From: Octopus sinensis
Taxonomy: Eukaryota
DNA length: 64,000 nt
Assembly: GCF_006345805.1 (NCBI RefSeq)
Contig: NC_043012.1
Coordinates: 28,272,001 to 28,336,000, forward strand
Reading direction: 5' to 3'
The position numbers and the translations under genes are program-made. Each line of letters starts with the position of its first letter. Position 1 is the stretch's first letter. Positions 39,851 to 51,879 of this stretch are shown here, piece after piece. The notes beneath the pieces were generated by a model. The model had not been told where the DNA came from. It saw only the letters and a program-made list of their open reading frames with translations, and made no database searches.

Positions 39851-40067
39851 TCTGATAAAGTTCCACTATTTAAGTCGATATAATTATTTACAGTAATAAT
39901 TATTATTATTGTAATAATTAAGTCTGATTATGCCCAAAATAGCGCGAACAGAAACAGCTGTTAGATGAGATAGTCTTTTTTTTTGTAATCAATAAATAAT
40001 AATTGATGCTTATCAATTATCAAATTTATGTCCATTTTCTTTTTTCCTTATACACACACACATACAC

Positions 40068-40104
<37 letters not shown>

Positions 40105-40190
40105 CATATGTGTATGTATGTACGTATGCATGTGTATGTGTATCTTTGCATCTGTGTCTGTCCCCCTCCCCCACCTCTTGACAACACGCC

Positions 40191-40567
40191 TTGGGCATAA
40201 TCAGGCTTAATTATTACAATAATAATAATTATTACTGTAAATAATTATACCGACTTAAATAGTGGAACTTTATCAGAGCGGAAAAATAAAGAATTTCCCT
40301 AGGAAATAACTGAAATTGATCTTGAAACGGGTATATCTCGAATGCGTAAATTGCTTCTGACATCCACCTGGCATGACTTACAGTTCCTAGTGTACGAAAC
40401 GATATCCCGTTCATCGGAATGCCACCAAGAAAGATCATCGTTAACTCCAACAATTCTCGGTAATCATTTCGCTGTTGTTTCTGCGTAGAAAGCTGGTATT
40501 CAAGAAATCCAAGAATAGTAGAGCGGACATCATCAGACACTTCGTTGCTATCAGTTATGTAAACCTT
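40191..40567 (-). repeat. Inverted duplicate of 39561-39937
   Basis: 377-bp arms; I counted four differences by eye. Confidence 0.9.
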
Positions 40568-40836
40568 ATATGTCCCCGTAACTTAGCATTTTGGCATAAG
40601 AGTCTGATAGGATAAGTACTAAGATTAAAACATAAGTGCTAGGGTCGATTTGTTCGACTAAAACCCTTCAAGTGCTGCCCCAGCATGGCCGCAGTCAAAT
40701 GACTATCCACTGATATGGCTTTGATCGGCCGAAGGCAATAGTGGAAGACGCTTGTCCAAGGTGCCACACAGTGGGACCGAACCCAAAACCATGTTGTTAG
40801 GAAGCAAACTTCTTAGCACACAGCCACGCCCGCGCC
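40568..40836. mobile_element. SINE family 2 pieces (3' half on +, then a 5' part on -)
   Basis: TATGTCCCCGTAACTTAG...CAGTCAAATGACT, then the reverse complement of a SINE head. Confidence 0.75.
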
Positions 40837-40952
40837 TATATATGACACAATGCCTGATGATGCAGAGATGTATTTGAATGATACTACAGTTGAAGGAAGT
40901 ATAAATAATAACAGAAATAAAAATAACACACACAATAGTAGTAGTAGGAGTG

Positions 40953-41020
<68 letters not shown>

Positions 41021-41024
<4 letters not shown>

Positions 41025-41485
41025 GATGGGCTACAGCAAATATTCTGCTCAATACCACAGATTTGCTTGTCAGTTGTTTGACCTTAACCAGTTGAGCATA
41101 TCCCTTAGTGGCTGACGATATGTGCATTTCTGATCACGAGCAGAAGTAGTGGGGGAGCATCATAGCCATGTGTTGAGAAGGATTCTTTGGGGTTTGAATA
41201 ATTCACCTCTGGAAATATGGGTGTTTCGTTCAACGTCCTTAAACAACCCTTATTCAGGGACCTTTTGAGCGGGATGGGTTACTCGATCTGAAGAAAATTC
41301 TAACTGGGCTCCACCTGCAAGGTCATGTGCTGTTTATCTTGATATGAGATCACCATGTCGCGCACATATGATTGTGTTGCATGTGCCTGGTGTACCCTTA
41401 TCAGACGGGTAGTCATGATGGGTATACTGGGCTTCGTATATTTTACCCCAGTGTCACTTTGATGGCATGCACTGCTCACTCACTC

Positions 41486-41486
<1 letters not shown>
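41021..41486. mobile_element. Third copy of the (AAT)n-embedded element, truncated at one end
   Basis: Reverse complement of ~7439-7905; (AAT)n on both sides. Confidence 0.85.
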
Positions 41487-41530
<44 letters not shown>

Positions 41531-41544
41531 TATAATAGTAATAA

Positions 41545-41930
41545 TGCTCCTGGTTGCAATTGTAAAGTTAAATCCCACTGTCCGTTATTAGGCCGTAATT
41601 TATAAATGTACAATCATAACTGAGGCTGGTAACTTTATATATATAGGATATGTAGGTAACTTTATATATATATATAGGATATATAGGATAAATATGAAAA
41701 AACGTATCAGTAACCTTTTTTCATCTTTTAGATTCAAACATAAAGCCAATTGTACGTCCTTATCTAGCAAGATTTGGGAACTTAAGGGAAGCGGGATCGA
41801 ATTTTGCCTTAAATGAGATATAATACGGAAAGTGCAGCCTTATAGAGATAGTCGGTACGGGTGTGAGGTGCGCTCTATGGAAACTTATGAGATTTTTAAG
41901 TATAGGGACAAAAACAACCTGATTAATAAT
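41545..41930 (+). mobile_element. Penelope-like GIY-YIG fragment
   Basis: GCNCKVKSHCPLLG...KKRISN..FRFKHKANCTSLSSKIWELK. Confidence 0.65.
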
Positions 41931-43157
41931 AGATTAGACCTAAGGGTATCATATGTGCATAGCATCACCCGTATATTTAAGTATTTTCGAAATTAGCGAT
42001 TATAGGTGCCATACTTGAACTTTGATGGTGGAAATTTATTTTGGTGTCGTATCCGTTGTAAACTTACCCTCTAGTATTAAATATAATACGATCATGGATA
42101 TTGAGTTAAATGGTGAATTAAATTGCACTGCATATGTTATAAGCTATATGTTTATGGTATGTGATGTGCTGTATGTAATTACTATCCCATGTAAACTTCT
42201 GTCGAGTTAGTCTGACTTCATCATATTTTTGGTGATTAAACTACTTTTTCCTTTCTATGATGTTCTACCCTACTAATCATATTATGTATATTTGTATTGG
42301 CTTTTATGTTAAGTAAATCTCCTAATCCCGCTAAAAACTATATAATTATATATGTAATAGCACCTGTAACATTGCAACTTATAAAACCTCTTCGATCTGA
42401 ATACCTCTAACTACCCTCACTACGCCCATACTTACTACTTCCTCTTTCTAGGTTACCTTTATCTCTTCCCTACCTCAAATTTTAATACCCTGTCTCTTTA
42501 AATGTAGGTTATATATATTTCTTATTATTTCCTGTGAATTCTTATTATTGTTTTCTTACTTTGATATCCATACCTAATAACCTCTTATTCCTTATAGATT
42601 GTTATCTTTCTTGTTCGTAAATAGATACTTCTTAGTTACTTAAGTCTATGCGGGATGGTTATATTATATCTATATAAACGTATGAATATTTGTGTATGTG
42701 TGCATGTGTGCACATAGATAAATATGTGTGTGTATCTGTACACATCTTTATTTTTTCTGATTCTTGGTTTATAATTAATATATAGATAGCATGTTTATCT
42801 TCCCAGTATTCCATAAATGCCCTGAAACCGCCTAACACGTAAATAATTAGAAACCACCTAATACGTGAATAATCAGTTTTAATGTTGAAAATTGATATAT
42901 ACACACATTTTACCTATTTTGGTTATGACATCATTTTTGATAATCTTTAATTATGTTTTATTTCATTTTATTTTTATACCACATAATATTGTTTATAAGC
43001 AATAGTACCTCATAATAAAATTTCCTCTGTATTAACATCATAGGTTTTATTAGCGTTTTATTAGCGTAATTAACGTCATGATTTAGGGTCTTTTCCTACC
43101 CAGCCTCCTTTTATAGACAGTTGCTCTATACATACATACATATAAATACACACACAC

Positions 43158-43211
<54 letters not shown>

Positions 43212-43342
43212 GCACACATATATACATATGCATATATATATATACACATACATACATATATATATATGTATATATACATATATATACATATATACATATA
43301 TATATACACATATATATATACATAAATATACATATACATTTT

Positions 43343-43561
43343 CTCTTTTACTCTTTTACTTGTTTCAGTCATTTGTCTGCGGCCATGCCGGAGCACCGCC
43401 TTTAATCGAGCAACTCGACCCCGGGACTTATTCCTTTGTAAGCCCAGTACTTATTCTATCGGTCTCTTTTGCCGAACCGCTGAGTAACGGGGACATAAAC
43501 ACACCAGCATCGGTTGTCAAGCTATGCTAGGGGACAAACACAGACACACAAACACACACAC

Positions 43562-43624
<63 letters not shown>

Positions 43625-43825
43625 TATATAAAGAAGCCCGTCGTATATATATACATATATACGACGGGCTTCTTTCAGTTTCCGTCTACCAAATCCACTC
43701 ACAAGGCTTTGGTCGGTCCGAGGCTATAGTAGAAGACACTTGCCCAAGGTGCCACGTAGTGGGACTGAACCCAGAACCATGTGGTTGGTAGACAAGCTAC
43801 TTACCACACAGCCACTCCTGCGCCT
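43343..43825 (-). mobile_element. SINE family 2 copy
   Basis: Full-length match, with duplicated AAGAAGCCCGTCGTATAT / ATACGACGGGCTTCTT around the internal (TA)n. Confidence 0.9.
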
Positions 43826-43860
<35 letters not shown>

Positions 43861-43864
<4 letters not shown>

Positions 43865-45115
43865 TAAATAAAATAAAACATATGCATATATATAAACATA
43901 TATGTACGTACCTACCTCTACATGTACATATACAGGCATATAAAGAGTACAGGACACCAAAAGGACGTCGAACACAATGAGAAACGAAAACATAGACACA
44001 AACCAAAGGAACTGGACATTTTTTAAAAACAACAAAAAAATAGAGTACAGGACAATTAACACAAAGAAAAAAACCCTTCTTCAGTCGCTATGGTTTCATC
44101 TACTCTACGTTTCGAAGGATAAAAGCGAGACGTATCTTCGACAAGAAACTTTCCTTCCTGCGAAAAGCAAATCAATTAAAATTCTGAGATCTTTTCGCAG
44201 AGGGGTAAAAAATGGTAACAAAAACAGGACAGTAACGACAGTACAAATTATAAACAGTAAAAGACAGGACAAGGAAAAACAAGATAAGAAGGGCTGTTAA
44301 CGCCGAACGAAAAAAAGTATTGTGAACGCGGAATTTTTTATGAACGACGAGCGGAGCAAAAAGAATTGTCGTCCATTACCTTGAGAGGTCCAGGCCAGAA
44401 AGACAGCAGCGGAAGTCTCGACGCGGGTGAACGACGGGAGGGGGGAGGAGCAAGAGAAAAGGAGAGAAGAAGGGGAATGGCTGCGAGGAAACCATGAAGA
44501 ATGTAGAGGGAGAGAGAGAGAGAGCGAAGAATGAGAGAGAGGAAGAGACAAGTTAAGTAGAGGAAAAGGAAATCAAAGAATGAAGGCTGAGAAAGGGATG
44601 GGACAGAAAGGTTAAGAGTGCGCATCAAAGTTAATATCAAGAACAAAACTTGATATAAAGAACAATCTTACCTAAAGGGGTGCGTGCGTTTCGTCATATA
44701 ATATATTAATAAATAAAATAAAACATATGCATATATATAAACATATATGTACGTACCTACCTCTACATGTACATATACACGCATATAAAGAGTACAGGAC
44801 ACCAAAAGGACGTCGAACACAATGAGAAACGAAAACATTGACACAAACCAAAAGAACTGGACATTTTTTAAAAACAACAAAAAAATAGAGTACAGGACAA
44901 TTAACACAAAGAAAAAAACCCTTCTTCAGTCGCTATGGTTTCATCTACTCTACGTTTCGAAGGATAAAAGCGAGACGTATCTTCGACAAGAAACTTTCCT
45001 TCCTGCGAAAAGCAAATCAATTAAAATTCTGAGATCTTTTCGCAGAGGGGTAAAAAATGGTAACAAAAACAGGACAGTAACGACAGTACAAATTTTAAGC
45101 AGTAAAAGACAGGAC
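43861..45115. repeat. Two ~410-bp direct repeats (43861-44270 and 44706-45115), period 845 bp
   Basis: Near-identical by eye; related sequence at ~32535-32715. Confidence 0.9.
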
Positions 45116-45402
45116 ACACACACACATATATATATACATATAAATATGCATGCATAAATATGTATATATACATAAATATATATATAAGACTGAAGCATAC
45201 ACACCACACATATACATGCGTACATATATACATATACAAATGCAAATATTTATATGTGTATGTGTGTTTGTGCTAAAATAATGATGAGATTTTAAAGCAG
45301 ACTAAAGAATAACAACGGAACATGCCAAGTCTCATTTCGGGTCTTTACATGATAAATACATATATACATACATGCGTAAACACACGCAAACACGTACACA
45401 CA

Positions 45403-45470
<68 letters not shown>

Positions 45471-47329
45471 TACACACATGTTCATACATCTATATGTGTA
45501 TTCCCATACACCTATACGTACATATAAATATTCATGGTGCCTTTGATGGAACGTTATTGAAAGGATGAGCTATGTACGAGTTCAGTTCAACCTGATGAGA
45601 AAATACCTATCTTCGAACTGGGAAAATACCTTAGTATCTCCGAAATAGGAAAAATATTTGAGTCTACGACAAATCTGGAAGCAGTGAAGATTAAGTGAAT
45701 ATTTTTTCTCCTTGTGTAAAAATGTAATATGAATGTATTTCCTTCAAAATCATTTAGACTACTTCCTTGCCAATTTATTCGCGGAGCACAAACGAAGTGT
45801 TTCAACCAATTGTATCAATTACGAAAAAATAGATACAAATATGACGGCAGACTATTGTTGATGAGACTATTGTCGGTAAGAGAATGAAAGAGAAGTGACT
45901 ACGTTCGGCCCAAAAATGTGAGCCGCTTCCTTAAACAGCATTTGTTTTTATGCTTATTCTAGATCTTCAAATATTGAATTAAAATAGACAGAATTTCTTG
46001 ACTGGGCAATTCAATACAGTACTGTTCACTGTTATATTTGTAATTTCAGTGATATTAATGTAATTTACTGTTCTCTTTTGTAGCTGGATACTGCAAAAAC
46101 GGCAATATTTGTAAGAAAAGATATGCCAATGTTAGAAAATGTTCAAAATATATATCTTCTTTTTATAGATCATAAACCTAATGTAGTATCTAAAATATAG
46201 TGAAACATGTAAATAGCTAAAATTAGCTATTATGCTATTATACCATATCGTTGCAAACTCCATTCGACTAATATACATAATTCATATACACTACAGTACT
46301 AAAAGTTAAAAATACTTTTCTAAAAAAAAAAAAAAAAAAAATGAAAGTGACAAATTCTAAGAGCAAATTTAAATGCAGCACTCAAACAAAAGCCAGAGAT
46401 ATTTTACGTAAAATTCAAAAAAAGATAATGCATCTCAATATCAAATTTGAAGCATTAAACTAATCATATATCTAATTTAACACGCCGTCAATATTTCTAA
46501 TAAACCTCACGTATAAAAATTCTAATAATCAATATTATAAAATTTCTGGTCGACTTCCCATGAAATGTCCTTTCTGACTATGATTCTTTATGTAAAACGA
46601 TTTATAGTGTGTAATTGATTATAATAAAATTTTACTAAAAATGACCCGCTTGTTTTGGCTTGTGAGTTGCAATAACAGAGTTGGTAAACAATATAATCAT
46701 TGCTAGTGTTTGTTTACGTGTCATGAGCTCGTTTCCACCTAAACATATTTTGTAATGCTCTTTAGACCTATTATAGTGTTACAGCCAAACATTGCTAAAG
46801 ATGATATAGTTTATTTTTAGCTTCTCGGTATCTTTGTTCTTCTTTCCCTTTGTTGCTCAACTCTCTCTAGAATCCCGCAAGGCCACTTCCATTCCTTCGT
46901 AGAGCGGGCACTCTGCCCGTCAATGCTGCAAGCAGTCACCATGTGTCTTCACAGATCAGAGAGTTTCGCTTCTTAGGTGGTGTACCACATTGTCTGATAT
47001 TTGGACAGTTTTGCTGGAACGCCAGTGCTACATAATTATTGAGTGGCCAAGAAATGGCTGAACCATTTCTATTTTCGCCTTCGCATTCATATATGTAACT
47101 GAAGATATTTTCTTTGGAAGCTATTTGAACACATGTCTATACCGCAGGTATAGACTATACAAACTGATTTCAAAACTTCTAGTTTTCGTGTATGTGTGCG
47201 CGCGCGTGTGTAGTGTCCCAGATCATCGAATGATTATAAAGTCAGTGTTTATTTAAATCCATTACATTTCCAAAATTTAATAGAATTTACAGACTGAACT
47301 TAATTTTTTACAAGCGTGTTTTCAAACTT

Positions 47330-48230
47330 GGTAGCCGTTCTGGTTCAGGTACTGTGGATAAAGTAATGAATTCGTAAACATCAGAAAACATTTTGTTCGG
47401 TTTTGTACAGTAAACTTTATCTTTCAATTATCCCCCTCAAAAAGTCTTGTAGTGTGATGTCTGCTGAACGCTCTGATTATTCTACTAAACCTTTTAATCC
47501 AAACCACCCATTTGGCAAAATTTTATCACGGTAAGCTACAGTTGTGTGAAGGGGCTCCATCTTTCTGAAAGTAAAATCCACATCTTCAAAGCGCTCTTGA
47601 ATGCGTAGCATGTTCAAGTACAAAAGACCAGCCGCAGTACCGTAAAAAAAAGAAGAAAAGAATGGTCCAGTTAATCCTTTTGTTGATAAACCGCACCATA
47701 CTGTATCTCCTGATAAATTAACATGACGTTCTTCCGTAATACGAAAATTCTCAGGTCACCAGAAGGTGCAATTGTGGCGGTTAGTTGAGCCATTTAATTT
47801 AAATGAAGCTTCGTCACCCCAACCAAGTTTTGCTGGAAAGTGTGCATTTTCTACACATCTTGCCAAGTACCATTCGCAGATCTTCACTCTTTGGTTCGAG
47901 TCGTCTTCATTGAGTGCATGGACTATTTTTGGAATGTAACGTTTCTAATGACAACGCTTCAAATTGCGATGAACGCTTGATTTTGAAATCCCTCTCTCGC
48001 AACTCGGTTGCTGTAAATTTTTTTGGAACTCTGGCAATACGTTTCTAGTACCCTTTCTTGCGTTGTGGGGCTCGTCGATGACCGCGGTCTTCTGGACTGT
48101 TTCTTGTGGGCGTCCTGAACAGTTCCATCTGCTTGGATCTGTTCGAAAATCCCTCCTAAGATGTCTTTTCACTTCGACAGTGTTATCAAACTTTCAGTTG
48201 TATTTTTTGATAAATTTCATTGTTCAAAGA
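47330..48230 (-). mobile_element. Tc1/mariner transposase remnant (rosa/DD41D-like motifs)
   Basis: [59 protein letters not shown]. Confidence 0.8.
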
Positions 48231-48252
48231 TTAGTTTGTTTGCCTTTATTTT

Positions 48253-48366
48253 CTATGCCAATATGCTGAAAAATAGACCTTAGATTGTCTAAACACGTAA
48301 CCACGTACAATATTGGTTAGACGTGTTTAGACGATCTAAGGTCTATTTTTCAGCATATTGGCATAG
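48253..48366. repeat. 114-bp foldback (46-bp arms), TA-flanked mini-MITE
   Basis: Arms 48253-48298 and 48321-48366 differ at one position. Confidence 0.85.
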
Positions 48367-48685
48367 GCACTTTTTTTCTTTTGCCTTTATATAAGAAAGA
48401 AATGGGATTAGAAAATCCTGGCAGATATCAAATAAGCACTCTGTATAAAGGAATAAGGTTAAATTTTAAACAATTAGATACCAGTAAATGAAAGTAGAAT
48501 ACAAATCCCAAATAAATCCTCATGCATGACAGGTAAATCCAACGATCCTTTTGTAGAATTTTAAGAAATTCAGAGTATTTAACAATAATGATATGTACGA
48601 AGAAAATAATATCTTTATTTTAGATCACACCTTAAAAATCCAACAATTGTTTCAATTGAATTAACACACACACGCACACACGCAC

Positions 48686-48757
<72 letters not shown>

Positions 48758-49659
48758 CACACACACACACACATACCTGTATATCTATTTTACACACACT
48801 CACACACTGGAGGAGATGTCTTCTTGGGGCTATAAACTACAGTAGCATGGTCCCATATGGGTCAGCCATATTTAGGTGGCAAATATACGTCACAATGTCG
48901 TGCTGCTACTGTTTACATCTCGCTCAGAGATTTATTATTGCTTATTAATTTTAATAATATTGCTCATATGTATATAAATACATACATACATGAACCCCCC
49001 CCCATATTTATATATATAACTAATTTACATTATAAAAATAAAAGATGAAAAAATATCATACTAATTCTATATTTTTTTACTATTTAAAATCTACATAGAA
49101 AAATAATCTAAAAAAGTGAAAAAAAATTAACCTAAAAATGAGTATTTTTATATACGATTATTGATGACGTGCTGGATAACTAAAGATTAAAAACTACAGA
49201 CAAGAATTCTTCGTAATGCTTAATAGAAAATTAATTATCGATTTATTTAATATATTAATCCATTTAATAGGAATTAACCTTATAATATGATACTTGAAAA
49301 ATTACTATAATTAATAATATATACAATTATTGGTGACTTCACACGATAACGAAAGAATAAAAATTCTACGTTATGTTTAACAGAAGCTCAGATACTTTAC
49401 ATCACGATAATTAAAGTGTTTAATATAATGAGTATTTAATTAATATATTAATATAATGAGTAATACATATAATTAATTAAAGTTTTTAGTATAAAAGCGG
49501 ACAGCTTTATTCTTATTTTTATAAGAATGCCATTAATATACTGAATAATTAATTATCGCGATGTAAAGTATCTGAGCTTCTGTTAAGATTAACGTAGAAT
49601 TCTTATCTATAATTTTTATTCTTTGGTTATCCAGCGAAGTCATCAATAATTGTATATTT

Positions 49660-49900
49660 TTTTATTCTTTCACTTGTTCCAGTCATTCGACTGCGGCCAT
49701 GCTGGATTACCGCCTTTCTAGTCGAACAAAACAACCGCAAGATTTATTCTTTGTAAGCCTAGTACATATTCTATCGGTATATTTTGCCAAACCGCTAAGT
49801 TACGGGGACGTAAATCCACCAACATTGGTTGTCAAGCGATGGTGGGGAGGGGAACAAACACAGATACACAATACATACATACATAATACATACATATATG

Positions 49901-49961
<61 letters not shown>

Positions 49962-50112
49962 GCGATGGGCTTCTTTCAGTTTCCGTCTACCAAATCCACT
50001 CACGAGGCTTTGGTCGGCTCTACGCTACAATAGAAGACACTCGCTCAAGGTTCCACGCAGTGGAACTGAAACTGGAACCATGTGCTTGCGAACAAGCTTC
50101 TTACCAGACAGC
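49660..50112 (-). mobile_element. SINE family 2 copy
   Basis: Match to other copies; head slightly truncated. Confidence 0.85.
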
Positions 50113-50579
50113 CAATTAGTATGGTATTTTTTATTTTTCATTTTATAATGTAAATTAATTATTCAGTGACGTCGCTATTGGTTGAGTGAATGACTTAAGT
50201 TGAATTTGATTTAGGCGTTCCTTCTTTTGTTGGCGTTTATTAACAGCTCAAATTTTTTCAGATGTTCAGTTGGAATTTCACCAATTTGGATTACCTTGAT
50301 AATATTGTGTTGACCCATTTTTCGAAGATATTAATTTTAATATGGGTGACCCATATGGGACGATGCTACTGTGGTTTATAGCCATAGGAAGACATCTCCC
50401 CAAGCTGGCTAACGGCACACTGTCTGTGTCCGGTCAGTATATGCGAAGGGAAATCAACGTTCCTATCTCTAGTCTTACGTGATACACACGGACCCGGGTT
50501 TCTGAGTAGTAACACGTCATCGGAAAAAGCATATAGTATTTTGCGTTTGGAATCAGTTCTCCTCCCTAACTGATGATTG

Positions 50580-50626
50580 TCACACGCTGATGACGGGTTA
50601 CTACTCAGAAACCCGGGTCCATGTGA
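50580..50626 (+). ncRNA. Minimal type-I hammerhead ribozyme motif with palindromic helix III
   Basis: UCACACG-CUGAUGA-CGGGUUACUACUCA-GAAA-CCCGG-GUC-CAUGUGA. Stem I 6/7; stem II GGGU/ACUC; helix III palindrome ACCCGGGU; predicted cut after 50619. Confidence 0.8.
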
Positions 50627-50886
50627 ATCATGTAAGGCTAGAGATGGGAACGATGATTTCCCTTCGCATATACTGATCGGACGCATACAGTGTGTCGTTA
50701 GCCAGCTGGAGGCGATGTCTTCCTGGGGCTATAAACTACAGTAGCATGGTCCCATATGGGTCAGCCATATTTAGGTGGCAAATATACGTCACGATGTCGT
50801 GCTGCTACTGTTTACATCTCGCTCAGAGATTTATTATTGCTTATTAATTTTAATAGTATTGATCATATGTATATAAATACATACAT

Positions 50887-50946
<60 letters not shown>

Positions 50947-51011
50947 GTATATATATATGTATATATATGTATATATATATATATATATAATATATATATA
51001 TATATATAATT

Positions 51012-51327
51012 GTTATCGCCATACTAATATGGCATTCTTATAAAAATAAGAATAAAGCTGTCCGCTTATTAGCTCCATGAGGCCATCGCCTTAAGTTAGC
51101 TATTTGATACACAAACTGTATCCATATAACCTTCTAACAAGGGAGGTCAGTCGCTCCACACTACTTGACCGGCAGCTACAGACGCGTTTCGGGGTATTGC
51201 CCCTTTTCAATGCAGCGTAGCCAGACCAGTATCAAATAGCTAACTTAAGGCGATGGCCTCATGGAGCTAATAAGCGGACAGCTTTATTCTTATTTTTATA
51301 AGAATGCCATATTAGTATGGCGATAAC
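51012..51327. mobile_element. 316-bp element with identical 99-bp inverted arms
   Basis: 51012-51110 is the exact reverse complement of 51229-51327. Confidence 0.9.
51175..51216 (-). ncRNA. Minimal type-I hammerhead ribozyme motif, U3/A8 core variant
   Basis: GCUGCA-UUGAAAA-GGGGCAAUACCCC-GAAA-CGC-GUC-UGUAGC. 6-bp stem I, 4-bp GC stem II, palindrome ACGCGU. Confidence 0.7.
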
Positions 51328-51390
51328 TATTATTTTCCGGGAACGCTGCCGTTGTTCTCTTTTAGAGAGACTTAGTAATTTTAATATTTC

Positions 51391-51480
<90 letters not shown>

Positions 51481-51879
51481 TATTCATATATATATAAAGA
51501 GATGTATGTATATATATGTGTGTACGTGTGCATGTATATATTAATGCAATCGAAACAATTGTTGGATTTTAATGTGTGATCTAAAATAAAGATATGATTT
51601 TCTTTTACGTTGTTTTATATATACTGAACTACAAAAAAAGAAAAAAATCGCACTGTAAAAGATTATTTGTTTCACACATGATATTGAAGTTATACGGATT
51701 TTGTCCCATTTCTAGGTAACTTGACAGCAGGAAGATGTCACTGACCCACAATACCACTCTCTTTTTGAAAACACAAAGATTGCATGTAGGGTTCGAACTC
51801 GCTCACTTTTCGTGAACATGGTATTGCTCGCGAACGCATCTTTATGAAAAGCATGATGTGCGTGCAAAACGTTGACACA

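Noticed and set aside
46880-47100. Possible Chapaev-like transposase C-terminus
   Set aside because: Only a few residues resemble the motif; not supportable.
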